From an uncultured virus (IMG/VR IMGVR_UViG_3300035180_003568) (Duplodnaviria > Heunggongvirae > Uroviricota > Caudoviricetes), in the IMG/VR virus record IMGVR_UViG_3300035180_003568: a stretch of DNA of 64,000 bases; one strand, written 5' to 3'. The number at the start of each line of letters is the position of its first letter. Position 1 is the first letter of the stretch. Shown one piece after another: positions 11,151 through 20,854 of this stretch. The position numbers were made by a program, and so were the translations under genes. The notes under the pieces are model-generated. The model did not search any database. It saw nothing but the letters and a program-made list of their open reading frames with translations, and was not told the DNA's origin.

Positions 11151-11254
11151 AGTTGTGAATACTTGCTGAAAATCTCTTTTTCCTCAGAAATATAAGAGAG
11201 TATGATTTCTTTAATCGTCATGTCCAACTTATTCACTATTTTTTTTCTTGTCAA
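11042..11254 (-). CDS. Hypothetical protein
   Basis: Helical-looking ORF overlapping both neighbours; start uncertain. Confidence 0.45.
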   Translation of the reverse strand: MTRKKIVNKLDMTIKEIILSYISEEKEIFSKYSQLCAQYQIQPDPQAVAKHLGRLEALQKILQDKTIIKP

Positions 11255-11726
11255 CCCCTAGGGAATCTATTTTTTTATCTAGGAGCGTCATCGCGTATTC
11301 TAGTTTATTCACCCTATCTCTTTGAGATAAACAAGTTGTGAAAAGCAATGTGATCCATGTTAATGACCCCATACCTTCTTGTTCATTAGGGTCATTATTA
11401 ATATCAACTGCCAGCTGAACCATTTTGGTCAACACTTCTCTTTCTGAGTCTTGAATAAAGACATTTTTATTTTGGGGAAGCGTTTTGTCTTGCATCATCT
11501 TTTTGAATTGAGATGCTAGCTCCGCAGCCCTTCCTTTGTAATCCATGCTGCGATCAACAGCATGTTTAACGTCCTCTTCAAATTGCTCTTGAGCCTGCCT
11601 GCTAGGCAAGGGTTTGGAAAACATGGACTTTTGTGATCCAACATTTTTTACCGTCACCTTGGGCTCTAGTATTTGCTCATTATCATCGTCCTCACCAAAT
11701 GGTTTTTTAGATTTACCAGAAGACAT
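11229..11726 (-). CDS. Hypothetical protein
   Basis: ORF with AGGA SD. Confidence 0.65.
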   Translation of the reverse strand: MSSGKSKKPFGEDDDNEQILEPKVTVKNVGSQKSMFSKPLPSRQAQEQFEEDVKHAVDRSMDYKGRAAELASQFKKMMQDKTLPQNKNVFIQDSEREVLTKMVQLAVDINNDPNEQEGMGSLTWITLLFTTCLSQRDRVNKLEYAMTLLDKKIDSLGVDKKKNSE

Positions 11727-11735
11727 TGAGATTCC

Positions 11736-12002
11736 TTATTTTTTTGCTACAACGATAAACTTATCAACACGTTCAACAGAATATTTATTCCCTACAGCCA
11801 CCTCTAATGAAGGTAGTACGGCAGATGCGGTAAATCTTAAATATAATTTACTGGGCTCAACATCTACGGGAGAAACATACATACTCACTACCTGATTTGG
11901 TAGTGCGAACATCTCAATTCCCTTATCTTTAATATCCTCCCAAATATCATTAGCGATAGATGGGACGGTGACTTTTGTAGCCTTTTCTGATTTCTTTTCC
12001 AT
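11736..12002 (-). CDS. Hypothetical protein
   Basis: ORF with GGAG SD. Confidence 0.65.
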   Translation of the reverse strand: MEKKSEKATKVTVPSIANDIWEDIKDKGIEMFALPNQVVSMYVSPVDVEPSKLYLRFTASAVLPSLEVAVGNKYSVERVDKFIVVAKK

Positions 12003-12025
12003 AATTTATCTCCAAATTTACCAAA

Positions 12026-12322
12026 TTATATATCGGCGTATGCACTTCTCATTGCGCTCGTTAATACTATACCCACAATTCTCTTTTTTTCTCGACCATC
12101 TTTAAAAAGTAAAATCGTTGGAATAGAAGAGATATTAAATCTTTTTAATACAGATTTAAACTGGTCTATATCAATAGCCATATGTTGAATATCTTTATTT
12201 TCTTCTTCCATTTTTGATAAAATGGACAACATTTTTTTATTGTGAGGCATCCAATTAGAATAGAAATATAAAGAACACTTATTCTGTAATTGTATTTCTT
12301 TTTCCTCTGTAATAAAAATCAT
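12026..12322 (-). CDS. Thioredoxin-fold protein lacking CxxC
   Basis: FYSNWMPHNK at the WCxxC position; FNISSIPTILLFKDG cis-Pro region conserved. Confidence 0.75.
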   Translation of the reverse strand: MIFITEEKEIQLQNKCSLYFYSNWMPHNKKMLSILSKMEEENKDIQHMAIDIDQFKSVLKRFNISSIPTILLFKDGREKKRIVGIVLTSAMRSAYADI

Positions 12323-12516
12323 TGTTTATTTTCTTTAATTTTCTTAATATTTTCCAAAACCATAGCGGTAATCTTTTCTGTCATGTCAGATGAAATGGAA
12401 TTTAATTTTTCTCTTGACGTTAGTTTTAAATCAATTAAAACGTTTTCAATAGCAGAAACTCTCACTAAAAGATTCGTAAGTAATACTTCTATAGACACAT
12501 CATCTGATTTCATCAT
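12319..12516 (-). CDS. Hypothetical protein
   Basis: GAGG SD before ATG 12516. Confidence 0.5.
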   Translation of the reverse strand: MMKSDDVSIEVLLTNLLVRVSAIENVLIDLKLTSREKLNSISSDMTEKITAMVLENIKKIKENKQ

Positions 12517-12520
12517 GACC

Positions 12521-13057
12521 TCATTTGCCGCAACATTTTTTGTATTTTTTACCAGACCCACAAAAACATGGCTGATTAGGTCCTGGTTTTACTGCAATAG
12601 TTACTGATTTTGGTTTAGGTATAGATCTGTCCATAAATAGTTTTTGTGTTAAATGATCTATTTCATGTTGACAAACCACCGCCAATAATCCAGTAGCTAC
12701 AAATTTATAAGGGTAAACAAGATTGTCAGAAATATGAATTTCTTGAAATCTTGTAGTATCTTCAACTCTACCAGGAAAAGATAAACACCCCTCTTGTCGG
12801 TGAATAATTGGATCAAACCCCGCAATAATTCTACAATTTACAAGATTAAAATTCATATCACTAGACTTATTTAATCTAACAATTGCAATATCTTTTGCGA
12901 TACCAATTTGTGGGGCTGCTAATCCTATACCGGAACGCCCCATTTTTGTGGAATATTCTAGCTCACGCTCTAATATTTCCACTAATGAACCGATCTCTTC
13001 AGGCAGCACCGGCTCACACGCCACTCGTAAAAGAGTCTCATCGTTTGTTATAATCAT
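12521..13057 (-). CDS. def: Peptide deformylase with C-terminal SEC-C motif
   Basis: GIGLAAPQIG, EGCLS, QHEIDH; C-terminus GPNQPCFCGSGKKYKKCC. Confidence 0.93.
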   Translation of the reverse strand: MIITNDETLLRVACEPVLPEEIGSLVEILERELEYSTKMGRSGIGLAAPQIGIAKDIAIVRLNKSSDMNFNLVNCRIIAGFDPIIHRQEGCLSFPGRVEDTTRFQEIHISDNLVYPYKFVATGLLAVVCQHEIDHLTQKLFMDRSIPKPKSVTIAVKPGPNQPCFCGSGKKYKKCCGK

Positions 13058-13078
13058 AACTATACCATATATCAGTGC

Positions 13079-13285
13079 TTATTTGCCGCATGCGCGGCAA
13101 CCGGCATACGCATATTTCTTAGTAAATGAATTGTCAATATGCTTAATACATACGGAGCATACTTTATTTGTTGTGGAGCAAGACTCACACAGAACAGATA
13201 GAGAATTTAGGACATCCGCCTGGCATTTTATACATTTTTTGCGTGTAACTTGATAGGCTAACTTTGTACATGTACTACACATCAT
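13079..13285 (-). CDS. Cys-rich zinc-binding protein (CRIPT-like spacing)
   Basis: Five CxxC pairs. Confidence 0.65.
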   Translation of the reverse strand: MMCSTCTKLAYQVTRKKCIKCQADVLNSLSVLCESCSTTNKVCSVCIKHIDNSFTKKYAYAGCRACGK

Positions 13286-13316
13286 AATAATATTCTAGTA
13301 TATTAGTGGAGGCGAT

Positions 13317-13469
13317 ATGGATTCTTTTATCCCCTTTGTTTATAAAAAGGAAGAGAAAGCCGCTCCTGAGCAAATACAATTAGAACTTGATGTTCAAGTT
13401 GAACACATACCTTCATCTAAGGAAGAAGATGAAGATACGTCAAGGGTTATAATCATAGATGTATTATGA
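13317..13469 (+). CDS. Small acidic hypothetical protein (50 aa)
   Basis: Below ORF-track cutoff; GGAGG SD; MDSFIPFVYKKEEKAAPEQIQLEL...RVIIIDVL. Confidence 0.6.
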   Translation: MDSFIPFVYKKEEKAAPEQIQLELDVQVEHIPSSKEEDEDTSRVIIIDVL

Positions 13470-13718
13470 TTTCTTGGCGATAGAATCAATCAATGCCTGA
13501 GCTTCTTTGAATAAAGATTTAGTTTCGGCAAATCTTAAATAACTATTAACAATATCTCTAGCTACACGATAATCATCGGCAGGATCACATTGATCAAGAC
13601 AAGCTTGGCAAACCTTAAAACGGGTATAATTGACACGCAAAGATGCCGATGTTTCCATCTCATCATTTGTTTCAAATTCACTTGCGCATACTATACAGTT
13701 GTGTGATACTATTGCCAT
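13464..13718 (-). CDS. Zinc-finger hypothetical protein
   Basis: Two CxxC pairs, AGGA SD. Confidence 0.6.
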   Translation of the reverse strand: MAIVSHNCIVCASEFETNDEMETSASLRVNYTRFKVCQACLDQCDPADDYRVARDIVNSYLRFAETKSLFKEAQALIDSIAKKS

Positions 13719-13776
13719 AGTGCTTCCTATATATCAGGGATACTGTATAATATTCTATAATATTGAATGACTAAAA

Positions 13777-13801
13777 GGGGTAATACCCAAAATATTACCC
13801 C
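13777..13801 (-). terminator. Probable intrinsic terminator
   Basis: GGGGTAATA/TATTACCCC hairpin followed by T-run on minus strand after HNH gene. Confidence 0.55.
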
Positions 13802-13824
13802 ATTTAGCAGATTTTTTATTATTT

Positions 13825-14337
13825 TTATGAATTTCCAAGGAAATCATCCCAATCTTTATGCCAATGTTCCTGTGGATCAGCCACATAATGGGCTGCCGAA
13901 AAGGATGGGTGGGTAGGTCTTTTCAATAAAACCATACTTGCCTGTTCCGGAGTTCTGTCTGCTTTTTTGTTATTACAGATCTGACAACACACAACACAGT
14001 TGGTAAATGAAGTAATACCTCCTTGTGCTCTTGGCAAAACGTGATCAATAGTAATCTGTGATGCTGTCAGTTTCTTGCCACAATACTGACAAGAGCTTCT
14101 ATCTCTTTTAACCAAAGCTTTTCTGCTAAAATTAGAATTGAAAAAATTTCTCTTAACGTGATTTTTCAATCTCAAAATAGAAGGGTGCTTAACTCTTCCA
14201 GAGCTCCAAGTAATATTGTCTTCCCAGGTTGAAATAACCTCAACCTTATCCTTAAACAATAACTTGAATACCTTTCTTTCTGGAATAAAAGAAAGCACTT
14301 CATAACTAGCATTCAACAATAGAGTTTTCTTCGACAT
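13825..14337 (-). CDS. HNH endonuclease
   Basis: LLLNASYE, RD..CQYCG...TIDHVLPRAQGG...N.V.CC..CN..K. Confidence 0.9.
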   Translation of the reverse strand: MSKKTLLLNASYEVLSFIPERKVFKLLFKDKVEVISTWEDNITWSSGRVKHPSILRLKNHVKRNFFNSNFSRKALVKRDRSSCQYCGKKLTASQITIDHVLPRAQGGITSFTNCVVCCQICNNKKADRTPEQASMVLLKRPTHPSFSAAHYVADPQEHWHKDWDDFLGNS

Positions 14338-14357
14338 ATCACAATTAAACCTCCAAT

Positions 14358-15059
14358 TTATAATAGTTTTTTGAGAGAATCTCTTATATCCTCCCCATTA
14401 CACACTTCATTTCCAATGCAAGTCCATCCTGCTCTGGAACGTCGAGCAAATAATTCAATCATCTTTGTTCCTGGAAACATAATTTCCAATGAATCTTGAA
14501 GATGCTCCGGCTTTGCAGAATGCTTTAAATTCTCACCAAATGAGATTGAACGCTGAGATTTATTCTTTAATAATTTATATATTCCATTATTATTAGTGCC
14601 AATTAAACAAATCTCGTGCGTTTGTCTAAACAAACGACCCATTCCAAATGCCAATAAATTATTCATATTAAACATATCGAACGCGGCATTTAACCCATCT
14701 AAATAATCTTTATTACTAAAGCTTTTTAACTTTAATGCAAGTTTAACAAACTTCACTGCATGAGTTCTTAATAATGATATTGGATCTTTTTTATTTTTAA
14801 CCCAAATATAAGTCTGCTTATGTTTAAAGCCCCAAGCCTTCATAGTATCAAGACCCTCTTGAAGTAATGAAGATGGTACCCATAAGGCAAGTATTGCGCC
14901 AGTTGGATCTGAAATTTCTTTAACTGGTAATTCTTTTATATTACCAATAGTCATGGTACTATAATTTGCTGCCGCACCTCTTTTTACATCTGACTGTTGC
15001 AATTTATCAGAAAAAGACCAGGCAGGATCTGCGACTATTACTTGAAATTTATCTGACAT
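14358..15059 (-). CDS. MT-A70 family N6-adenine methyltransferase
   Basis: ADPAW, LALWV, WGF, HSAKP, ELFARR motifs. Confidence 0.88.
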   Translation of the reverse strand: MSDKFQVIVADPAWSFSDKLQQSDVKRGAAANYSTMTIGNIKELPVKEISDPTGAILALWVPSSLLQEGLDTMKAWGFKHKQTYIWVKNKKDPISLLRTHAVKFVKLALKLKSFSNKDYLDGLNAAFDMFNMNNLLAFGMGRLFRQTHEICLIGTNNNGIYKLLKNKSQRSISFGENLKHSAKPEHLQDSLEIMFPGTKMIELFARRSRAGWTCIGNEVCNGEDIRDSLKKLL

Positions 15060-15069
15060 AATTTACCTA

Positions 15070-15816
15070 TTACTTAACAATAACCATTGGTAGCTCTAGT
15101 GGTGATGTTGTGCCATCAACCACTATCTCTTGAATAGCTTCTAACTTTTGGTTGGAAAGCTTTTCCTGATGTTTCATATGAACTTTATATCTGCCTGGAG
15201 CCAAAGACGCCATCCATTTACCAGCGCCAGTAGTTCTTCCCCTATATACAACTTCACCATTTGTTACATTAGTAACTTCAACATTGGCAAAAAAGATGGA
15301 TTTACCAGTCTTATCTACCATTCTTTGTTGAACCGGAATGACATTTGTCATTGGTGTTTTATTTTCCGGTCTTTCTTGTCTTTTTATTTGTTCTTGCTTT
15401 TTCGGCTGCACTATTACTTCGGCAGGTTTTTCATTTGCCGATTGTTTTCTTTCAGGTAAATATGAGTCATCACCAGAATAAGTTTCTGGTCTAGAAGTTC
15501 TCCGAAATCCTTTCGGAGACTCATCTACTTTAAAAGTAGATTCCGAGTTTACCGGAATATTCTTTTCATCTGACTCATAATCTCTAAAAATACTTGCAGT
15601 CGGAAGAGGTGCATCAGCGACTTCCGCTTTAAATCGCGGCGCAATGGAAGTGGGTTGTGTTTGCACGGCATTCAATTTTTCAGACAAAAGATTTACTTTG
15701 TTTGAAAGTATTTTTATATTTAGATCTTGAGATCTAGCAAGATTTAGGAGGGCATCAATTTTGACCTCTAAATCTAGAATAACATCACTGGCTTTCCTTG
15801 GTTCTCCGCTGCTCAT
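15070..15816 (-). CDS. Hypothetical protein with C-terminal Ig/prealbumin-like domain
   Basis: LAPGRYKV-type beta-sandwich C-terminus. Confidence 0.55.
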   Translation of the reverse strand: MSSGEPRKASDVILDLEVKIDALLNLARSQDLNIKILSNKVNLLSEKLNAVQTQPTSIAPRFKAEVADAPLPTASIFRDYESDEKNIPVNSESTFKVDESPKGFRRTSRPETYSGDDSYLPERKQSANEKPAEVIVQPKKQEQIKRQERPENKTPMTNVIPVQQRMVDKTGKSIFFANVEVTNVTNGEVVYRGRTTGAGKWMASLAPGRYKVHMKHQEKLSNQKLEAIQEIVVDGTTSPLELPMVIVK

Positions 15817-15825
15817 TATAACTCC

Positions 15826-16503
15826 TTATTCCAAGAATAAACCAACTTTAATTTTCACTCGTCTAAAAACAAGTAAACTGTCCACTGACACAGACTTGTC
15901 TTTAAACATATCATGATCGCCAAATATCAGCTTATTAGCCTCTTCCTGCACCGCATCCAACGGTCCAATATTAACTATCATGCCATCAACCAATAGAACA
16001 TATTCATCTTCAGGTATCGAGGACGGATCTATTCCTTTTAATTCTTTGGAAATTGCATCTTTAAGATCTTGCTCCGTTAAAAATTTCTTATCCTCTATAG
16101 TTTCGGAACTAGGGGGAGCTACTTGATTTAATGATTCCACGTCAACAAAATCGTTATTATCAATCATGGATTGATTTGAATCAATTGTAATAGACGATAC
16201 ATCATCAAAAATTTCATCATCCATGCCAGACCAAGTATAATCTTTATTATTTCCAACATTGGGCAAGCCGCCAGCCGGAATTTGGCGGGCTGCCTCAGTA
16301 TCTACTCTAATGCCAGGGATTCTTGTACGTGGGTTTTCATCTCCCTCTACTTTAGCAACATGAACCGTATATGCAACGGATGGGGGAATTTTTCTAAATT
16401 CCGGCACAATTCCCATTTGTTTATATTGCGGCTGATAGGGTTGACTCACTTCCTCTTCGGAACGAAGAGGATTTTTGTACAATTTAACTGAATCACTAGA
16501 CAT
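15826..16503 (-). CDS. Hypothetical protein
   Basis: ORF with GGAG SD. Confidence 0.65.
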   Translation of the reverse strand: MSSDSVKLYKNPLRSEEEVSQPYQPQYKQMGIVPEFRKIPPSVAYTVHVAKVEGDENPRTRIPGIRVDTEAARQIPAGGLPNVGNNKDYTWSGMDDEIFDDVSSITIDSNQSMIDNNDFVDVESLNQVAPPSSETIEDKKFLTEQDLKDAISKELKGIDPSSIPEDEYVLLVDGMIVNIGPLDAVQEEANKLIFGDHDMFKDKSVSVDSLLVFRRVKIKVGLFLE

Positions 16504-16514
16504 AATTACTCCAT

Positions 16515-16868
16515 TTATTCAGAGTCTTTAGTTTTCACACGACTGGTTTTTCTTACCAAATCATCATTAAAATCTAAAGATTTTCTCTTGGCTTCGTTTC
16601 TTTTGCGACGACGTTTATCAGATGGTTTCTCATAAGTTTGCCTCTCTTTATAAGAGGAGAGAATTCTCTCTTTTTGAACTAAAGCTCGAAAAGCTCTAAT
16701 TGCCTTATCGAAATTATTATTATAAACAATAACTTCTAGCGGCTTTGCTTGAACTGGCTCAATATGAGCAAATTCAGATGGTGTAACCGCTACATCTGGC
16801 TTAAACGTATCACCTCCCTTCACGACCTTCTTGGAGTTTCTTTTATTCTTTTTAAACTGTTCTTTCAT
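16515..16868 (-). CDS. rpsU: Ribosomal protein bS21 with N-terminal extension
   Basis: EVIVYNNNFDKAIRAFR...YEKPSDKRRRK. Confidence 0.85.
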   Translation of the reverse strand: MKEQFKKNKRNSKKVVKGGDTFKPDVAVTPSEFAHIEPVQAKPLEVIVYNNNFDKAIRAFRALVQKERILSSYKERQTYEKPSDKRRRKRNEAKRKSLDFNDDLVRKTSRVKTKDSE

Positions 16869-16895
16869 AAACCTAAACTAACCTATATTTAACTT

Positions 16896-18203
16896 TCACT
16901 TAAAGTATTTGTCAGTGTTAATTGCACGATCATTATTTAAGATATTTTTGTCTTTTACTAAGCGATTAAGAGCATTTTGTATATCTTTTTCTGTTGGAGC
17001 CTTTCTATTATGTGAAAGAGCTTCGAACATGGAAGATATATATAGCTCCTTAAGATAAGCGTACGAAAACTCGTACTTTTCCGCATACTTAGCCAATTCT
17101 CGACATTTAGGAACTGAAATAAGTGTGCCAAACCATCTCTTAAGATATATATAAGCCATTTCGTGATTTGGTAAAGGAATTTCAAATTTTCGATCAAACC
17201 TTGACGGTCTATCAGTAATATTGGCTTTTAATTTTTTAACTTCATTTGCGGTTGCTACGACCAACAGCCCATTCTTGGCTGAAATTCCATCCATCAAATT
17301 CAAAAATGAGGAAATATCAACCCCTTTTTCAAAAAGGGAATCTAAGTCTTCAAAATATAATAGTGAGGGGCTTTGCTCTTCAGCATATGAGAAGGCTTCC
17401 CTAATAGCATCGTTATTAGCTTCAGGAACAATAGTAACTGGTTTGAAATTGTACATCGACATTATAGTTCTAATAATAGATGTTTTTCCATTTCCCGGTT
17501 TACCATATAACAGAATCCCTCGTTTCCATGGAATATGATTCTTTACGTAGAAATCCTTGGATGCCAAGAAATTCTCCACTAAACCGCGCAAATCTTTCTT
17601 AATATCCTCTGGCAAGAAAAGATCGTCCCAAGTTGTATCCCTAGTATACGGAATATCTTCTCCGTCCATAACTCTAATATGGAGATTGCTCCTATCACGT
17701 TGTGATACCCAAGCATCAAACTTATTTCTTAAAGAGAGATACTCTTTGTATGAAGAGTCACTAACGATAGTGAAGAAACTAATCTCGTCTTCGTTTTGGT
17801 TTCCCTTATGAAATAAGGCAGCGTGAAGAAAATCAAACCCATTACCTTGAATTAGGAAAACTCCTTGCATGAAAAACTTTTCATAATTATGATCTGTTTT
17901 CCAAGAAACAACAGAATCTCTATAAAGACAAGTGATTTTTATTTTGTTCTCTGAACAAAACTCAAAAAACTGCCCATCAATAATAATTCTGTTATGAACA
18001 AACTTGTTTGTTGATTCTGGGTTTTTCAAAACATTTTTGAAGTTTGTATCGACCCAATTCATCAGATCAATAAAATTGGCTGATGGTCTTCCTGACAGGT
18101 CCGTGTCTTTATACTTAGGGGATAGTAGTTTCAATGTTTCCAAAGAGAGTGTTTCCTGTTTTTCCACTTCTACTGGAGATAAGCTATCTTTCTTTTGATC
18201 CAT
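16896..18203 (-). CDS. AAA+ ATPase
   Basis: WKRGILLYGKPGNGKT, FEDLD, MDG, RPSRFD. Confidence 0.9.
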   Translation of the reverse strand: MDQKKDSLSPVEVEKQETLSLETLKLLSPKYKDTDLSGRPSANFIDLMNWVDTNFKNVLKNPESTNKFVHNRIIIDGQFFEFCSENKIKITCLYRDSVVSWKTDHNYEKFFMQGVFLIQGNGFDFLHAALFHKGNQNEDEISFFTIVSDSSYKEYLSLRNKFDAWVSQRDRSNLHIRVMDGEDIPYTRDTTWDDLFLPEDIKKDLRGLVENFLASKDFYVKNHIPWKRGILLYGKPGNGKTSIIRTIMSMYNFKPVTIVPEANNDAIREAFSYAEEQSPSLLYFEDLDSLFEKGVDISSFLNLMDGISAKNGLLVVATANEVKKLKANITDRPSRFDRKFEIPLPNHEMAYIYLKRWFGTLISVPKCRELAKYAEKYEFSYAYLKELYISSMFEALSHNRKAPTEKDIQNALNRLVKDKNILNNDRAINTDKYFK

Positions 18204-18237
18204 TATGGAATACTCGTTCTTTCAATTAGAAGATTCA

Positions 18238-20025
18238 TTAAGCGGAATTTACTGGTTTAGTAAACTTACATTTTGGATAAGCAGAACATGCCAGAAATTT
18301 TCCCCCATTTGATGTAGCCGTTCTAACTGACATTGGACTGCCGCACTTATCGCAAAGTGTCCCTCCGCACTCAATATATGCCTTGTCTATTTCAGATTTA
18401 AAGGAAGGATAAAACTTTTTTAACATATCGATATGATTAACTTTTCCAGACTCAATTTCGTCTAGGTTTTGCTCCATTATAGCGGTATAATCATAGTCCA
18501 TGAATGTAAAGTATTTTACTAGCACGTCAGTAATTTTCTTACCTAACTCAGTTGCATGATATACGTTACCTTTCTTTTCTACATAATTACGCGCAGTAAT
18601 CTTACTTAAAAGATCGGCATAGGTTGCCGGTCTACCAATATTCTTTTTAACCAGCTCTTTGATTAATTTATCTTCTGAATATCTACCAGGCGGCTGTGTT
18701 TGTTTCTTTTCCATTCTTACTGGAAGATTATCAAAATGATATAATATGTCTCCAACCAAGAGATTAGGAATATCTATTTTACTGTCATCGGTAAGACCGA
18801 GAACCTTCAAAAACCCCGGATCTTTCAAAGCCTTACCAGAAGCCTTTACTTCTGCCGTTGGGTCTCCTTTTACATTAGCAGTAATTTTTAATGTATTATA
18901 GATTGCCGGTGTCATCTGGCTTGCTACGAAATAGTTCCAAATAGTTTCATAGACCAACTTTTCATCAGGATCAATCATAGCGAAATTGTCTTTAGGCAAA
19001 AGAGAAAGATCTGAAGGTCTGATACATTCATGTGCGTCTTGAGCGGCATCTTTATTTTTATAAACGTTTGGTTTTTTGGGAACATCATAATTATTCGTCT
19101 TCAACCAATCTCGGACTTCCTGAACTGCTTCATCGCCCACACGTACAGAGTCTGTACGAATATATGTACAATAACCATTTTCATAAAGCGATTGAGCGGC
19201 TTTCATGGTTCTTTCGGCGCCAAACCCATGAACTCTGGACATAATTTGCTGCAATGTCGAGGTCACCAATGGTGCCACGGGTGATTTCTTTTCCTCTTCT
19301 GCCGTTACATCAGTAACTACAAACTCAGCCTTATTGATAGCCAATTTATCTCGCATGGCGGCTGCTGATTTAGCCTCAGTTAGTTTTCCGGAGTACTTCG
19401 TGGTAAAACCAGTTTTACCATCTTTGGATAATCGAACCTCAATTGTCCAATAATTTTCTGGAACGAAAACCTCAATTTCTCGCTCACGATCTACGACCAT
19501 ACGCGTAACTACGGATTGCACTCTGCCAGCAGAGAGCTTTGGACCAAAGAAATTCATCAAAAATGGAGATGCGGTAAAACCTACCAAACGATCTAATATT
19601 CTTCGAGCCTCTTGAGAATGGAAGAGGTTCATATCTATCTCTCTTACGTCTTTGACAGCTTTAAGCAGTTTGTCTTTTTTAATTTCGTTAAAAACCATCC
19701 TTTTAATTGGCTTGTCAAAATCTTCTAATCTTTTAGCTAGATGCCAAGCAATAGCCTCGCCTTCTCGATCGGGGTCGCTGGCTACAAAAATCTGATCACA
19801 GGTTTTTGCAGCTTTCATTAACATATCTAGTGTATCAACTTTATCATCCATTAAAACATAATGTGGTTTAAAATCATTAACAATATCTACACCAATACCA
19901 TGCTTACCTCCTTTAGCAAGGTCAGTAATATGACCCTTACTGGCAAGCACCACATAATCTTTTCCAAGATATCCTTGAATCTTATCGGCTTTCGATGGAG
20001 ATTCTACAATAACTAGTGTTTTCAT
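18238..20025 (-). CDS. topA: DNA topoisomerase I (type IA)
   Basis: IVESPSKA, DPDREGE, SAGRVQS, TYIRTD, AHECIRP, GRPATY, C-terminal Zn ribbon. Confidence 0.96.
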   Translation of the reverse strand: MKTLVIVESPSKADKIQGYLGKDYVVLASKGHITDLAKGGKHGIGVDIVNDFKPHYVLMDDKVDTLDMLMKAAKTCDQIFVASDPDREGEAIAWHLAKRLEDFDKPIKRMVFNEIKKDKLLKAVKDVREIDMNLFHSQEARRILDRLVGFTASPFLMNFFGPKLSAGRVQSVVTRMVVDREREIEVFVPENYWTIEVRLSKDGKTGFTTKYSGKLTEAKSAAAMRDKLAINKAEFVVTDVTAEEEKKSPVAPLVTSTLQQIMSRVHGFGAERTMKAAQSLYENGYCTYIRTDSVRVGDEAVQEVRDWLKTNNYDVPKKPNVYKNKDAAQDAHECIRPSDLSLLPKDNFAMIDPDEKLVYETIWNYFVASQMTPAIYNTLKITANVKGDPTAEVKASGKALKDPGFLKVLGLTDDSKIDIPNLLVGDILYHFDNLPVRMEKKQTQPPGRYSEDKLIKELVKKNIGRPATYADLLSKITARNYVEKKGNVYHATELGKKITDVLVKYFTFMDYDYTAIMEQNLDEIESGKVNHIDMLKKFYPSFKSEIDKAYIECGGTLCDKCGSPMSVRTATSNGGKFLACSAYPKCKFTKPVNSA

Positions 20026-20061
20026 TCAAAAACCAATCTTTCAATAATTTGAAATATTATT

Positions 20062-20493
20062 ATGGGTAAAACCGAATTCAATAAACTATTTGAAGAAGTA
20101 TTATCGGACTTACCGTGTCAGAACGACACGAAAGCATATATTGTGAGTATTTACAGCAAATACTTAACATCGCGGCACGACCTCTCTAAAGATAGTATCA
20201 CCTTGTTGTTTGCGCAAGCCCGCGACAATCATGATTTTTTGATCTACCAAAATTTAGGAGATTGGATATTTTTTCAAAATACCATTCATAATAATCCTCC
20301 CAAACATGTAAGCAAAGACTATTATGATACAATCGCCAGACTATCCTACTACTCTTGTTATAAGCTTATAAATCGTCAATGGAAATTATTTGAGGAACTT
20401 TCAGACAATTTTATGGTTATTGAGCATAGCGCTAAAGAGCGATTAACTAATCTAGGTATTGCTTTGGGTAAAACGATCTACCACAGCGATTAA
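20062..20493 (+). CDS. Hypothetical protein
   Basis: 143-aa ORF filling the gap on the opposite strand. Confidence 0.6.
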   Translation: MGKTEFNKLFEEVLSDLPCQNDTKAYIVSIYSKYLTSRHDLSKDSITLLFAQARDNHDFLIYQNLGDWIFFQNTIHNNPPKHVSKDYYDTIARLSYYSCYKLINRQWKLFEELSDNFMVIEHSAKERLTNLGIALGKTIYHSD

Positions 20494-20854
20494 TGCTGCT
20501 AAACTTATTTTTTCTCGCTTTTACCTGTATTGCTATTTTAGATAAGAAGCATTTTCCACAATATAAAAATTCTTGCTCCCAATATATTTCTTGCTTTTTA
20601 TGATGTTTATGATAGCTGGCATTATAATTTAATCCATCTATTCTAATAGTACAATCAAAAGGAACTACCTTACTGTCAGGGTAACGCATCTTGACTCTAA
20701 AAATATCAGATTTCAGAGGTTTGGTGGGCTGTTTAGTCACAAAATGACCCGGAGTACCCAGATAATACTCATAAAACGACCCACATAACTTACATCTAGA
20801 TTTTATAACAGAGGTATTAGAGTAGTTTGTTTTAATATAGTTCTTTTTACTCAT
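20447..20854 (-). CDS. Hypothetical basic zinc-finger protein
   Basis: Two CxxC pairs. Confidence 0.5.
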   Translation of the reverse strand: MSKKNYIKTNYSNTSVIKSRCKLCGSFYEYYLGTPGHFVTKQPTKPLKSDIFRVKMRYPDSKVVPFDCTIRIDGLNYNASYHKHHKKQEIYWEQEFLYCGKCFLSKIAIQVKARKNKFSSINRCGRSFYPKQYLD

